Source: a virus
Taxonomy: Duplodnaviria > Caudoviricetes
IMG/VR virus record: IMGVR_UViG_3300033076_001224
Location: 1 to 35,869 of that record
Strand: one strand, 5' to 3'
Length of the DNA stretch: 35,869 nucleotides
The translations under genes were made by a program, and so were the position numbers. The notes under the pieces are model-generated. The model searched no databases. It saw nothing but the letters and a program-made list of their open reading frames with translations, and was not told where the DNA came from. Positions 27,326 through 35,503 of this stretch are shown piece after piece; position 1 is the first letter of the stretch; each line of letters opens with the position of its first letter.

Positions 27326-28032
27326 GCTCGCCGTTTCTCAATCTCATCCCGGACCATCCTCAGTGACTGGAGCGAGATCTGCTGGATGCGCGGAACGGAC
27401 CGGTCGTAGATCGCAGCGATCTTGGTGTAGCTGAGCCCGTAAAAATAGTGCAGATAAAAGATCTGTGCGTGCTTCGGCCTGAGGATCTCGTTGACGATGT
27501 CCGCGATCTCCTGAGCCTCCTGGAGGTTCTCGTGGTTGGTCGGCTGCCTCCGGAAGTCGGTGTCAAAGTCTTCGCCGGGAATTACATAGTGGGTCGCGCC
27601 GGACCGGATCTGCTTTTTCAGATTAAGCGACTTGATTTTGCGTGCCCGGCTGACGTCGTCCCGCGTCTTCTGTGATTGCGCGTTGTACGTAACCTCGATC
27701 GTGCTCCGCGAGGTGGCCACGTAACGAATCATCTCCCGGTGCCCGATCAAGCCAAGGTAGGAGATCGGGCGGACTCCACGGTCCGGGTTGAACGTGTGGA
27801 ATTTTTCGAGAATCTTCGTGAGACCCATCTGGACAAGGTCGTCGGCGTCAACGTGGAATTTTCTGCTGAGACTGTAGGCTCGCAAAAGCAGAAACGGAAT
27901 CATCGACTCGACGACTCGATTCTTGGATGCTTCGCAGCCCGCGAGTGCCTTGCGCACAAGGCAAGCTTCCTCATCTTTTGAGTAGCGAGCATACGCTTGG
28001 AACTTCTTGAATTCGGGGTCGGTGTAGCCCAT
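27313..28032 (-). CDS. RNA polymerase sigma70-family factor
   Basis: Region 2 DDLVQMG...FNPDRGVRPISY; region 4 GLSYTKIAAIYDRSVPRIQQI. Confidence 0.85.
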   Translation of the reverse strand: MGYTDPEFKKFQAYARYSKDEEACLVRKALAGCEASKNRVVESMIPFLLLRAYSLSRKFHVDADDLVQMGLTKILEKFHTFNPDRGVRPISYLGLIGHREMIRYVATSRSTIEVTYNAQSQKTRDDVSRARKIKSLNLKKQIRSGATHYVIPGEDFDTDFRRQPTNHENLQEAQEIADIVNEILRPKHAQIFYLHYFYGLSYTKIAAIYDRSVPRIQQISLQSLRMVRDEIEKRRASKI

Positions 28033-28040
28033 GTGAGGTG

Positions 28041-28562
28041 CTATCGCTCCTTTTTTTTGGTGCCCTGTTCTTGGGCTGCGTGCATCAGCACCAGCCTGCG
28101 CAGCCAGTCGGCACTGCGCTTCAAAAAAGTCAATCGAGTGCAGGCCATCTCGATCAGGTCGTACTGATCTCCGCGAGAAATACGGATAGCGAGAAAGCCG
28201 AGCTTCTTGAACATATTGAGCGTCTCAAGGTCACGCTCGTCGACCATCGCAACAATGCGCGGACACTGGCGCGTCAATCTCCCAACCAGATGCGCCATAA
28301 TGCGCTCTTCCGGATGAATCGGGTCGTAATCCTGGTCGACAACAAACCGCGCCAGCAAGATCTCTGTCTTTGTTTTGACATAGGCAACGAACCCTCCAAG
28401 GTTGCCGTCAATTCTTAGGGTCCGCATGGACATTTCTGGCCACGACGACTCCAAAGAGATCTGCTCCTGCGACAAACAGGCGTCGCCATCCATGGTGGCG
28501 TTAATCAACATGCAGACCTCGGGGATATCGGCCCGCACAAGCTTGTTGATGCTGATGTTCAC
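28041..28562 (-). CDS. RimI-like GNAT-fold protein, degenerate acetyl-CoA motif
   Basis: GTG with GGAGG RBS; DIPEV, GFVAY, VDERD...FKKLGF; motif A position reads DYDPIHPE. Confidence 0.6.
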   Translation of the reverse strand: MNISINKLVRADIPEVCMLINATMDGDACLSQEQISLESSWPEMSMRTLRIDGNLGGFVAYVKTKTEILLARFVVDQDYDPIHPEERIMAHLVGRLTRQCPRIVAMVDERDLETLNMFKKLGFLAIRISRGDQYDLIEMACTRLTFLKRSADWLRRLVLMHAAQEQGTKKKER

Positions 28563-28573
28563 TGGCGTCCTCC

Positions 28574-28613
28574 AAAAAAACAGGCAGCGACTGGAAGGGT
28601 CACTGCCTGTTTT
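28574..28613 (-). terminator. Intrinsic terminator closing the cytochrome cassette
   Basis: CAGGCAGTGAC/GTCGCTGCCTG stem followed by T7. Confidence 0.75.
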
Positions 28614-28646
28614 AACTTGCCGTCCTGGCGTCGAGCCCAAATGCCG

Positions 28647-29015
28647 TTACCGAACCAGAACGAACGCCCTGTTGGCGCGGTTGTTCACGACGACGGCTCG
28701 GTTGCCATTCACGACGACGGCTCGATTCCCGCCGACGACGACGGCTCGGTTGAACAGGAAGCCGCGATTGCGAACCACCACGAGGTTCGGGTTAGCGACG
28801 GCGACCGCACGACTGAAGCCGAAGGCCTGAGCGCCGAAGACCGGCTGAGCGAATACTGGAGCGCCGAACACGGGCACGCCGACGACCGGCTGGCCGACCG
28901 AGAACGCGAACGACGGAGAAGCGAAGCCGAAGGCGACATGCTGGGCACGCGCGGACTGCGGAATCGCGAACAACGCGAACGCCGCAAAGGCCAGAGCAAG
29001 ACAGAACGATTTCAT
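28647..29015 (-). CDS. Small exported low-complexity repeat protein
   Basis: Signal peptide ending ARA; PVF[GA] repeats and NRAVVV repeats. Confidence 0.7.
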   Translation of the reverse strand: MKSFCLALAFAAFALFAIPQSARAQHVAFGFASPSFAFSVGQPVVGVPVFGAPVFAQPVFGAQAFGFSRAVAVANPNLVVVRNRGFLFNRAVVVGGNRAVVVNGNRAVVVNNRANRAFVLVR

Positions 29016-29061
29016 GGGTACACCTCTCAAAGTTAGATTGTGATCTCGTTTCGCGAACAAC

Positions 29062-30093
29062 CTAGTTCGCGAAAAACAACTGCATCTCGGCAGGCGTCAG
29101 GGGGGTCCCTGCGGCCCCCGTCTCGGTGCGCGGCATACGCTTCCGCGCATCGTTCGTCAACAAAGACTCCCACACTTTTTCCTTCTGTGCGCGGGAAAAT
29201 TGCAAATAATTTGCCAAATCGATCCCGCCCTCTTTGCGGGCTCCACTGTGGCACGCTGCACATCGGTCGCCGATCAGCGACTGCAATGCCTCGACGCTCG
29301 ACGAACCGCCTGCCTTGGGCTGCTGGGGCTGCTCCTGGGGCTTCTGTGCGGGCGGAAGCGGAACGTGCCCCTGGACGTTCACGTTGGTCTGGACCGTGTT
29401 TGGACCGTTGAGCGCCCGCAGGATCTGTTCAGCGGTCTGGCCCTTGGCGAGGATCTGGGCCAGAGATGCAGCGTCCCTTCCGGCCTGTCCGACCAGTTGA
29501 CTGTGACCACTGAACGCGTCGCCAGCCAATTTTTGCGCGCCCTGAGTCAATTGGGCGGACTGCTGGTACAGTTGGTTCAGGTTGGTGTCGCCGTACATGG
29601 ACGCCAAGCTCTGGTAGCTGTAGCTGTATGGCGTTGTCGCATTGGCACCGAACAGGGGAAGCTGACCGTATCCGCTCCCGTACGTGCCCTGCTGGAACGA
29701 ATACTGCTGCCCCTGAATACCGAGCGACCGCAGCGTCGCCAGGTAGGCTGCGTAGTCGTCCCGCGCCTCGGCGTACTTGATCGCGTCGCTCTTCCAGTTC
29801 GGTGTGTACGGAGGAGGCGTCACGGGGGCTGGCGCGGCGGCGACCGGCAGCGTCACGCGTGCGTACTGGTAGTAGCTGGTCCCCGCGACGTAGCAGCCGT
29901 TGACGAACCGCGCGGGCGTGGTGATCAGCGTCCGGGTGTAAGGGTCGGTGTAGCCCGGGTAGTACCATAAACCGCCACGGAACGTGTATCCGTCCGCATT
30001 GACGAAGCCATCCACAAAGTGATCGGGGTGCCCTGACGTCGGAGTCGAGACCAGGAATACAAACGCGAGCAGAACCAAACCAAGAACGCGCAT
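29062..30093 (-). CDS. Exported protein with C-terminal planctomycete-type monoheme cytochrome c domain
   Basis: Signal peptide; RCAACHSG..KEGGIDL...RMP...LTPAE (CxxCH at 29248-29262). Confidence 0.75.
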   Translation of the reverse strand: MRVLGLVLLAFVFLVSTPTSGHPDHFVDGFVNADGYTFRGGLWYYPGYTDPYTRTLITTPARFVNGCYVAGTSYYQYARVTLPVAAAPAPVTPPPYTPNWKSDAIKYAEARDDYAAYLATLRSLGIQGQQYSFQQGTYGSGYGQLPLFGANATTPYSYSYQSLASMYGDTNLNQLYQQSAQLTQGAQKLAGDAFSGHSQLVGQAGRDAASLAQILAKGQTAEQILRALNGPNTVQTNVNVQGHVPLPPAQKPQEQPQQPKAGGSSSVEALQSLIGDRCAACHSGARKEGGIDLANYLQFSRAQKEKVWESLLTNDARKRMPRTETGAAGTPLTPAEMQLFFAN

Positions 30094-31757
30094 TACTTGC
30101 CTCCTCGTTGACTGATTCTTGTGGCCATGAAACTGTATGTCAGATCGAAGTCTGGACGCATCACTGTGATTCCGACGAGCAGCGCCGCGATACGCGGATC
30201 CTCCGGAACACGCCCATTGACAATTAAATTGACCGGCGGGAGTAACGCTCTCAACTTCTTGGCCGAGTTTGCTCCGTCCGGTTGATGGCCGAGTGCAATC
30301 AGCGCTCGGCTGGCGTCAATCTCGTCGTACCAATACTGCTGAAACACAGACGACAGATACTGGCCGCTCACCTGGACCGTATCGGTCTGGTCGGCTCGGG
30401 CTGCCTTCCACGGTCCGGTGGCACGCAGGATCGCGGACGCGTAATCGTCGCGCCCGCGTGGCAGCAGCTTCCGCTCGACGTCGCCCGCGTAAAGACCGGA
30501 TAGCCGAGAGACATCATCGATGTTGCGCTCGGGGAAAATGTCGAGCAGATTCCCCAGCAGGCTCTTGGCGTCGTTCCGACAGAACCGCCAGCCGCCTTCC
30601 TTGGCGTGGCACCGGATGCATCCGATCGCCGCTTGCAGACGCGTGCTATGCGGCGCGGGAACGGTGTGATCGACCGCGATATCCGGCGGAACCTCGTCTT
30701 GCCGTTTGCCGTTTCCATCGAACAGGGCGAACCCGTGCAATCCATTGGATTTCTCGAAGATCGTCTCCCGGGCAGCGTCCTTGAACTTCAGCAGATTCAT
30801 GACCGGGTGGACTCCGATATCGACGTCCTCATGGCGGAGGTCGTGCGTCACGCTGATGATCGACTGCGAATCCAAGCCTGCCAAGGTCCGCAAGAAGTCA
30901 GCGCGCCGTGGACGTCCGGTGACACCGCTCTTGAACATCGCGACGCGCTGGTCGCTCCGGAGCCGCTCGAACACCTTCTCGGCAGTGATGCCGCTCTTGA
31001 CGTCGCCGACTCCCAGCGACTCAAACAGATTGTCCTCGTCGGTGCCCTTGGCGTTGTTGGTTTTCAGGCCGATGAAGTCGTAATAGAGCCCGCCGTAGAT
31101 GGTCTTGTAGACGCCCTTGTCCTGGATGGTCGATAGCGATCGCACAATAAAGTATCTGGCGTTCACAATTGGCGCGAGCGATCCGGTCTCCTGTGCGAGG
31201 ATCGCGAATGCCTTCTGATTCAGGTGCGGCGAAACCACCTGAAGCACACCTTCCTTGATCTCGTTCACTTCCTTGTCCTGCCAAACCCACTTCTGCGTGA
31301 AGGTCTGGTCGCCTTCCTTGTAGGGCGGGCAGTCCACGAGTACCTGCTCCTTAACCTTGACGACTGGAATGATCGCCTTCGAGAACGCCAGCGTGTCCTT
31401 GGTCAGCAGCAGACTGAAGGACGGATCGAATCTTAGTTCCGACCACGCGCGACGCAAGTCTCCAAGCTCAGCGTCCCGAGCGACATACTGACGCAGATCC
31501 ACACGCGCGAGCGACGCGTCCACCGGAACCGGCCTGGCGATCAGGCTCGACCGGCTTAGGTAATTCATCGTAAGCGACGTCGCCTGCAAAAGCTCCTTGC
31601 TCTCATCCTCAATCCAGACGTAGCGCATGAACTGGCGATCGTGAATCGGAATCGACAAGATGTCCTTGACGGCGAGCGCCAGGGGTTTGTTTTCCCTGGC
31701 GCTCGCAACGCACGGCAGCACGAAGCAGAGCAGGGCAGCCACGAATCGAAAACGCAT
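30093..31757 (-). CDS. Exported CxxCH (c-type heme) protein
   Basis: Signal peptide ending ASA; CIRCH at 30606-30620 after ETIFEKSNGLHGFALFDGNGKRQDEVPPDIA. Confidence 0.7.
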   Translation of the reverse strand: MRFRFVAALLCFVLPCVASARENKPLALAVKDILSIPIHDRQFMRYVWIEDESKELLQATSLTMNYLSRSSLIARPVPVDASLARVDLRQYVARDAELGDLRRAWSELRFDPSFSLLLTKDTLAFSKAIIPVVKVKEQVLVDCPPYKEGDQTFTQKWVWQDKEVNEIKEGVLQVVSPHLNQKAFAILAQETGSLAPIVNARYFIVRSLSTIQDKGVYKTIYGGLYYDFIGLKTNNAKGTDEDNLFESLGVGDVKSGITAEKVFERLRSDQRVAMFKSGVTGRPRRADFLRTLAGLDSQSIISVTHDLRHEDVDIGVHPVMNLLKFKDAARETIFEKSNGLHGFALFDGNGKRQDEVPPDIAVDHTVPAPHSTRLQAAIGCIRCHAKEGGWRFCRNDAKSLLGNLLDIFPERNIDDVSRLSGLYAGDVERKLLPRGRDDYASAILRATGPWKAARADQTDTVQVSGQYLSSVFQQYWYDEIDASRALIALGHQPDGANSAKKLRALLPPVNLIVNGRVPEDPRIAALLVGITVMRPDFDLTYSFMATRISQRGGK

Positions 31758-31766
31758 CGAGCACCC

Positions 31767-32666
31767 CTAGTTGAAGCGAAACTCTTTCACGTAGACGCCG
31801 TCGTCCGAGCCGAATCCGGACAGCGTGATTGTTTTACGGCTCGGCTGCGGGGCCGGTTGCGGTTGGGGGCTCGGCTGAGGCGACGGCTGCGGACGCGGTG
31901 GAATCGGCAGCGCGTTGACAACCCAGAAGTCGCCGGACAGATCGGATGATGTCGCGTAGTCGTAGGGAATCCAGAACGATCCAGGGACGCCGTTGATTTC
32001 GATTCCCCAGCCCTCCCAGTGATTCGTCGCCGCGAAGCTCTGCCTGGCGTCGTCATAGCCAAACAGCACGACGTCGTGACCGCCAAGCGGGGACTCTCCT
32101 CGCGCGGGCATCGGAAGGATCCCGGACTTCGCCACGGCTTCCGTCTGTGCCGCCGGGAAGACGTCGAATCCGAAAAGGATCGGGATGCCGGACGCGATCG
32201 TGCCGCGCATGTGCTCCAAGTCTTGACGGACGGCGGCATAGTTTGTGATCGGGCTCTGCGCCGCATCCGCGAAGGCTTCGTCGGGTGGCTTCTGCCGGAA
32301 TCGCTGAGGAACGTAGGGCCAGTAGGTCGCCTCGCAGTAGCCACTCTTGTTGACCGCCTTCAGCATGGCGCGATTGTTCACGCCGCTGTCGACGTTCACA
32401 GTCCCTTGCAAGGACCGCGTGACGTAGTAGGTGAAAAGCACGGACGAGTGCTCGACGGTCATGTCCTGAACCTTCATCAGGTACATGAAGACCTCGTCCA
32501 GGCTGCACGGTCCGCACGATCCGAGCGGACCCTGGATCATGCGGCCTGGCAGGTCGAGAATCTTTTTCGATGGCGCGCTGGCCATCATTGCCCGCATGGG
32601 TGTGAACTGAAAGTCGCGCGGGTCGTCCTCCTGCCAGATGTACCCGAGTGGGAAATTGAAGTCCAT
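31767..32666 (-). CDS. Papain-like cysteine peptidase (family C1)
   Basis: QGPLGSC (Gln/Cys), GGHDVVLFGYDD (His), TNHWEGWG (Asn); Pro/Gln linker. Confidence 0.85.
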   Translation of the reverse strand: MDFNFPLGYIWQEDDPRDFQFTPMRAMMASAPSKKILDLPGRMIQGPLGSCGPCSLDEVFMYLMKVQDMTVEHSSVLFTYYVTRSLQGTVNVDSGVNNRAMLKAVNKSGYCEATYWPYVPQRFRQKPPDEAFADAAQSPITNYAAVRQDLEHMRGTIASGIPILFGFDVFPAAQTEAVAKSGILPMPARGESPLGGHDVVLFGYDDARQSFAATNHWEGWGIEINGVPGSFWIPYDYATSSDLSGDFWVVNALPIPPRPQPSPQPSPQPQPAPQPSRKTITLSGFGSDDGVYVKEFRFN

Positions 32667-32732
32667 TTGGTCTCCGATTGTAAAGAGAAAGACTGCCGCC
32701 AAAGAGCAGCAGACAGTTGCCAGAAAAATTAC

Positions 32733-33011
32733 TTATTGCCCTTTCGTTTCGTCGCACTCCGCGCGGCCTTCTAGGCTGACCGCCGACTGCCGGTGAATTT
32801 CACCAAGCACCTGCTCGTACTGCTTGATTTTGATGTTGGCGTCCACAAGCTTGTCGACGTGTGAGCTACACTCTGCCCGCAGCATATCAAGCTCCTCGCA
32901 GTAGCGTTCACGTTCTTTGGATAACTTGTCATCAGCCAGGCTACGCATCTGGAGCCTTCCGATTAGAAGACCAGCAGCGAACACAGCGATCGAGATCATT
33001 GCCACAATCAT
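32733..33011 (-). CDS. Membrane-anchored coiled-coil protein (paralog family)
   Basis: N-terminal TM ending GLLIGRL; C-terminus ETKGQ. Confidence 0.65.
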   Translation of the reverse strand: MIVAMISIAVFAAGLLIGRLQMRSLADDKLSKERERYCEELDMLRAECSSHVDKLVDANIKIKQYEQVLGEIHRQSAVSLEGRAECDETKGQ

Positions 33012-33027
33012 GACGGCTGCCTTTCTG

Positions 33028-33297
33028 TTAAAGCTCCAGAATTTCCTTGACATCCTGGTGAATATTGGTGATTTGCTTATCCAGTCTTTCCAGGCGAATC
33101 CTGCGTATGTCACGCTCCGCATCAGCGTTGATGGCCCGCAGTTCGATCGCGTTGTACTGCTCAAGCAGGCGTTCGCGCTTCTTCTGCTCGAATTCCACGT
33201 CCTTATTCGCCTTGTCAAGCTCAGGCAGCATCGACACTCGCCCGAGAAGCACTCCGACCGAAAAGGCAGCGAGAGCGATGACAATCCCAATGAGCAT
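33028..33297 (-). CDS. Membrane-anchored coiled-coil protein (paralog family)
   Basis: AGGAG RBS; TM ending GVLLGRV. Confidence 0.7.
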   Translation of the reverse strand: MLIGIVIALAAFSVGVLLGRVSMLPELDKANKDVEFEQKKRERLLEQYNAIELRAINADAERDIRRIRLERLDKQITNIHQDVKEILEL

Positions 33298-33336
33298 GCG
33301 GTTCTCCTTGAAAATCTGAGCCTTCAGAAAAAACAC

Positions 33337-33732
33337 CTATTGACCTTTCGTTGAGTCATCGTATGCAGTGACGGAGTGCTTAATGTGATTGCAGTCGCCA
33401 GACCCGCCTGCCGAGTAAACGCGAAGCTCGATTCCTGCCCCTTGAACCGCAAGCCTGGCGACTCGCTCGACTTCTTCAAGGGCCTCCTTGCGCTTGGCCA
33501 GTTCGAGTTGAGCCGCGAGTAGCTTGTCGTTGCTGATACGATTCTCGTTCCGCAAGGCGTCAAGCTCCTTGCAGAAGTGCCGCCGCTCTGCGTCGAAGCT
33601 GCACTCCGCTTCGGCGCGTGCGTTGTGCTTCTCCAGGTCGATATGCGAAAGCATCAGAAGCCGACCGGCAACGACTCCCAAGGCAAAGGCACACAGAACA
33701 AAGAGCAAAACAACAAAACCAATAGAACTCAT
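33337..33732 (-). CDS. Membrane-anchored coiled-coil protein (paralog family)
   Basis: AAGGAG RBS; TM ending GVVAGRL; C-terminus STKGQ. Confidence 0.7.
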   Translation of the reverse strand: MSSIGFVVLLFVLCAFALGVVAGRLLMLSHIDLEKHNARAEAECSFDAERRHFCKELDALRNENRISNDKLLAAQLELAKRKEALEEVERVARLAVQGAGIELRVYSAGGSGDCNHIKHSVTAYDDSTKGQ

Positions 33733-33774
33733 CAGTATCTCCTTGAAAAGCAAGCCATAACCAGGCTTATTGGT

Positions 33775-34074
33775 TCACCTCGCCACCACGTCGCTGTCGA
33801 CGCCGCGTGTCAGGTCGGCGATGGTTTCGCGCAAGGACTTGTTCTGACTCATGTAGTCATTGCGCTCCTGAATCGCGGCATCGAGCCGTCTTGCAGTTTC
33901 CAAGCGTTCTGCTTCAAGCCGGTCTTTTTCCGCCTTGTAGTGGCGGGCTTCTTTGATTGCCTGCTGGTACTTGAATGCAATGTTTTCCGCGTCCCGAAGA
34001 GTGCAAACGACTCCAAAGATGATGATGCCACCGATAGAAGTCAGCGCAACAACCAAAAAGACAATATCGACCAT
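33775..34074 (-). CDS. Membrane-anchored coiled-coil protein
   Basis: AAGGAG RBS; N-terminal TM followed by heptads. Confidence 0.7.
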   Translation of the reverse strand: MVDIVFLVVALTSIGGIIIFGVVCTLRDAENIAFKYQQAIKEARHYKAEKDRLEAERLETARRLDAAIQERNDYMSQNKSLRETIADLTRGVDSDVVAR

Positions 34075-34114
34075 TACGAGGTCTCCTTTTTCTCGCAGCC
34101 AGCCAGTTAAACGG

Positions 34115-34429
34115 TTACTGCTTATCAATAACAGATTCGCGTGTAAAGCTGACGAGCGCATCACACAGGATGTGATACTTGCTCTTGAATTCGTCACGCT
34201 CCCTAGTCGCAGCTTTCAGGTCGCGGGCGCACTCGCCTTGTACTCGAACCATGTCGAAGTATTCGCGCTTCTGCTCAGCAACCTGTGCCTCGGCGTGGAG
34301 CACGCGCTGGCGAAGCTGCTGGATCTCTACGTTTGACGCTTCGAGGCTGCGACGCGTCAACACGAGACATACAGAAAATCCAGACGCGAACGTGTACACG
34401 ACCGCGAGACAGATCAAAAAAACCATCAT
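34115..34429 (-). CDS. Membrane-anchored coiled-coil protein
   Basis: AAGGAG RBS; N-terminal TM followed by heptads. Confidence 0.7.
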   Translation of the reverse strand: MMVFLICLAVVYTFASGFSVCLVLTRRSLEASNVEIQQLRQRVLHAEAQVAEQKREYFDMVRVQGECARDLKAATRERDEFKSKYHILCDALVSFTRESVIDKQ

Positions 34430-34446
34430 GCAAAAACTCCTTGGAA

Positions 34447-34902
34447 TTACTTCCGCTTCCTCACGACCCACCATCCATTTTCCCAGTCCCACTGGAGCGT
34501 CTCGATATCGCGAAACGCAGACTCAAGAGACTTCAGTCGCTGCTCGACGTCCGGCGGTCCGGCGACTTGCTTTTGCTTGACGCGTAGCATGGCCTCCACG
34601 GCGTCGAGCCTCTCCGAGAGAAGGCCGATGCGATTTGATCCGGCGTCCTCGGCGTTTGCGAGCCGACGCGACGTGTCCTGGGCCAACGCGCTGACGGACT
34701 GGCACCGGTTGCTGACGTACAGATAGTCGTCATGCAGTCCCATGGACGCCTGGCGAAGCTCCCGCAGCGTCGTCTCGTGCTTGCTGCTGGCCGATTGCAG
34801 GCTCCGCTCAAGCTCCTCGACCTTGCTGGAGAGCACGTTGTGCTTCCAGGCACCATAAGCCACAAACACCGAGGCGCCGACGACCAGGACAAACCACCTC
34901 AT
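34447..34902 (-). CDS. Membrane-anchored coiled-coil protein
   Basis: AAGGAG RBS; MRWFVLVVGASVFVAYGAW followed by heptads. Confidence 0.7.
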   Translation of the reverse strand: MRWFVLVVGASVFVAYGAWKHNVLSSKVEELERSLQSASSKHETTLRELRQASMGLHDDYLYVSNRCQSVSALAQDTSRRLANAEDAGSNRIGLLSERLDAVEAMLRVKQKQVAGPPDVEQRLKSLESAFRDIETLQWDWENGWWVVRKRK

Positions 34903-34922
34903 GCGGGGCTCCTTTTTTTTGT

Positions 34923-34944
34923 GAGCGTCAAAAATTTTACGCTC
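34923..34944. promoter_or_regulatory. Palindromic motif GAGC-GTCAAA-AA-TTTTAC-GCTC
   Basis: One mismatch to the core with complementary flanks; upstream of the membrane-protein array. Confidence 0.55.
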
Positions 34945-35098
34945 GCCCATTGTGCTGCTGCGCACGACGCCGAACCTCTCGTGCGACGTCCGCAAACGCC
35001 CTTCGCGTCGCCAGGTCTGGATTAACTCCACTCGCGATGTAGTGGTCATAACAAACCAGCCAGGCCTTTGCCCACCATGCGGGCATGTAGACTTGCAT
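34937..35098 (-). CDS. Small hypothetical protein
   Basis: TGATG coupling to the upstream gene. Confidence 0.5.
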   Translation of the reverse strand: MQVYMPAWWAKAWLVCYDHYIASGVNPDLATRRAFADVAREVRRRAQQHNGRA

Positions 35099-35274
35099 CA
35101 GTTGTTTCCTTTGCTGCGGTAGCCATTCTTTTTGGTGATGTGCCACGCACTGCAGTGCTGGCACTGGTACACACTCATGCGCTGTCCGATTCGTCGGCAC
35201 ACGTAGCGACCGAATTGTTTAGCAGCCTGGCGAGACGGGAGGCGTACTTTTCCTGTGGCTCCGCAGTTGGTCAT
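35098..35274 (-). CDS. Small Zn-binding phage protein
   Basis: C..TGK...YQCQHCSAWHIT; GGAGG RBS. Confidence 0.65.
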   Translation of the reverse strand: MTNCGATGKVRLPSRQAAKQFGRYVCRRIGQRMSVYQCQHCSAWHITKKNGYRSKGNN

Positions 35275-35284
35275 GCTTGGCCTC

Positions 35285-35485
35285 CTACAGGTCGTCTGTT
35301 GGATCCCTCTGTCGAAGGTCGGCTTCTTGCTCTGGCGTCGCCGATCTCCGATAGGCGAGTCCGCACTTGGCGCACCGAAGGTCGACAATAATCAGGTCCT
35401 TCAGGTCAGCATAGCGCGAAACTGATCGGCCTTTGATTTCAACGCTCGGATCCTTGCACTTGATGCATACTCGAATCGGCAGCAT
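35285..35485 (-). CDS. Small Zn-ribbon protein
   Basis: CIKC...CAKC; GAGG RBS. Confidence 0.6.
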   Translation of the reverse strand: MLPIRVCIKCKDPSVEIKGRSVSRYADLKDLIIVDLRCAKCGLAYRRSATPEQEADLRQRDPTDDL

Positions 35486-35503
35486 GGTCTTTCCTCTTGG
35501 TGC

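Noticed and set aside
28366-28379. GTCTTTGTTTTGAC as another palindrome copy
   Set aside because: Three mismatches in one arm and inside coding sequence; too weak to count
32733-33290. Longer ORF-track starts (e.g. 33290, 10800, 18842, 28640, 35049)
   Set aside because: They overlap upstream genes, promoters or terminators; internal starts with better RBS or coupling were used instead
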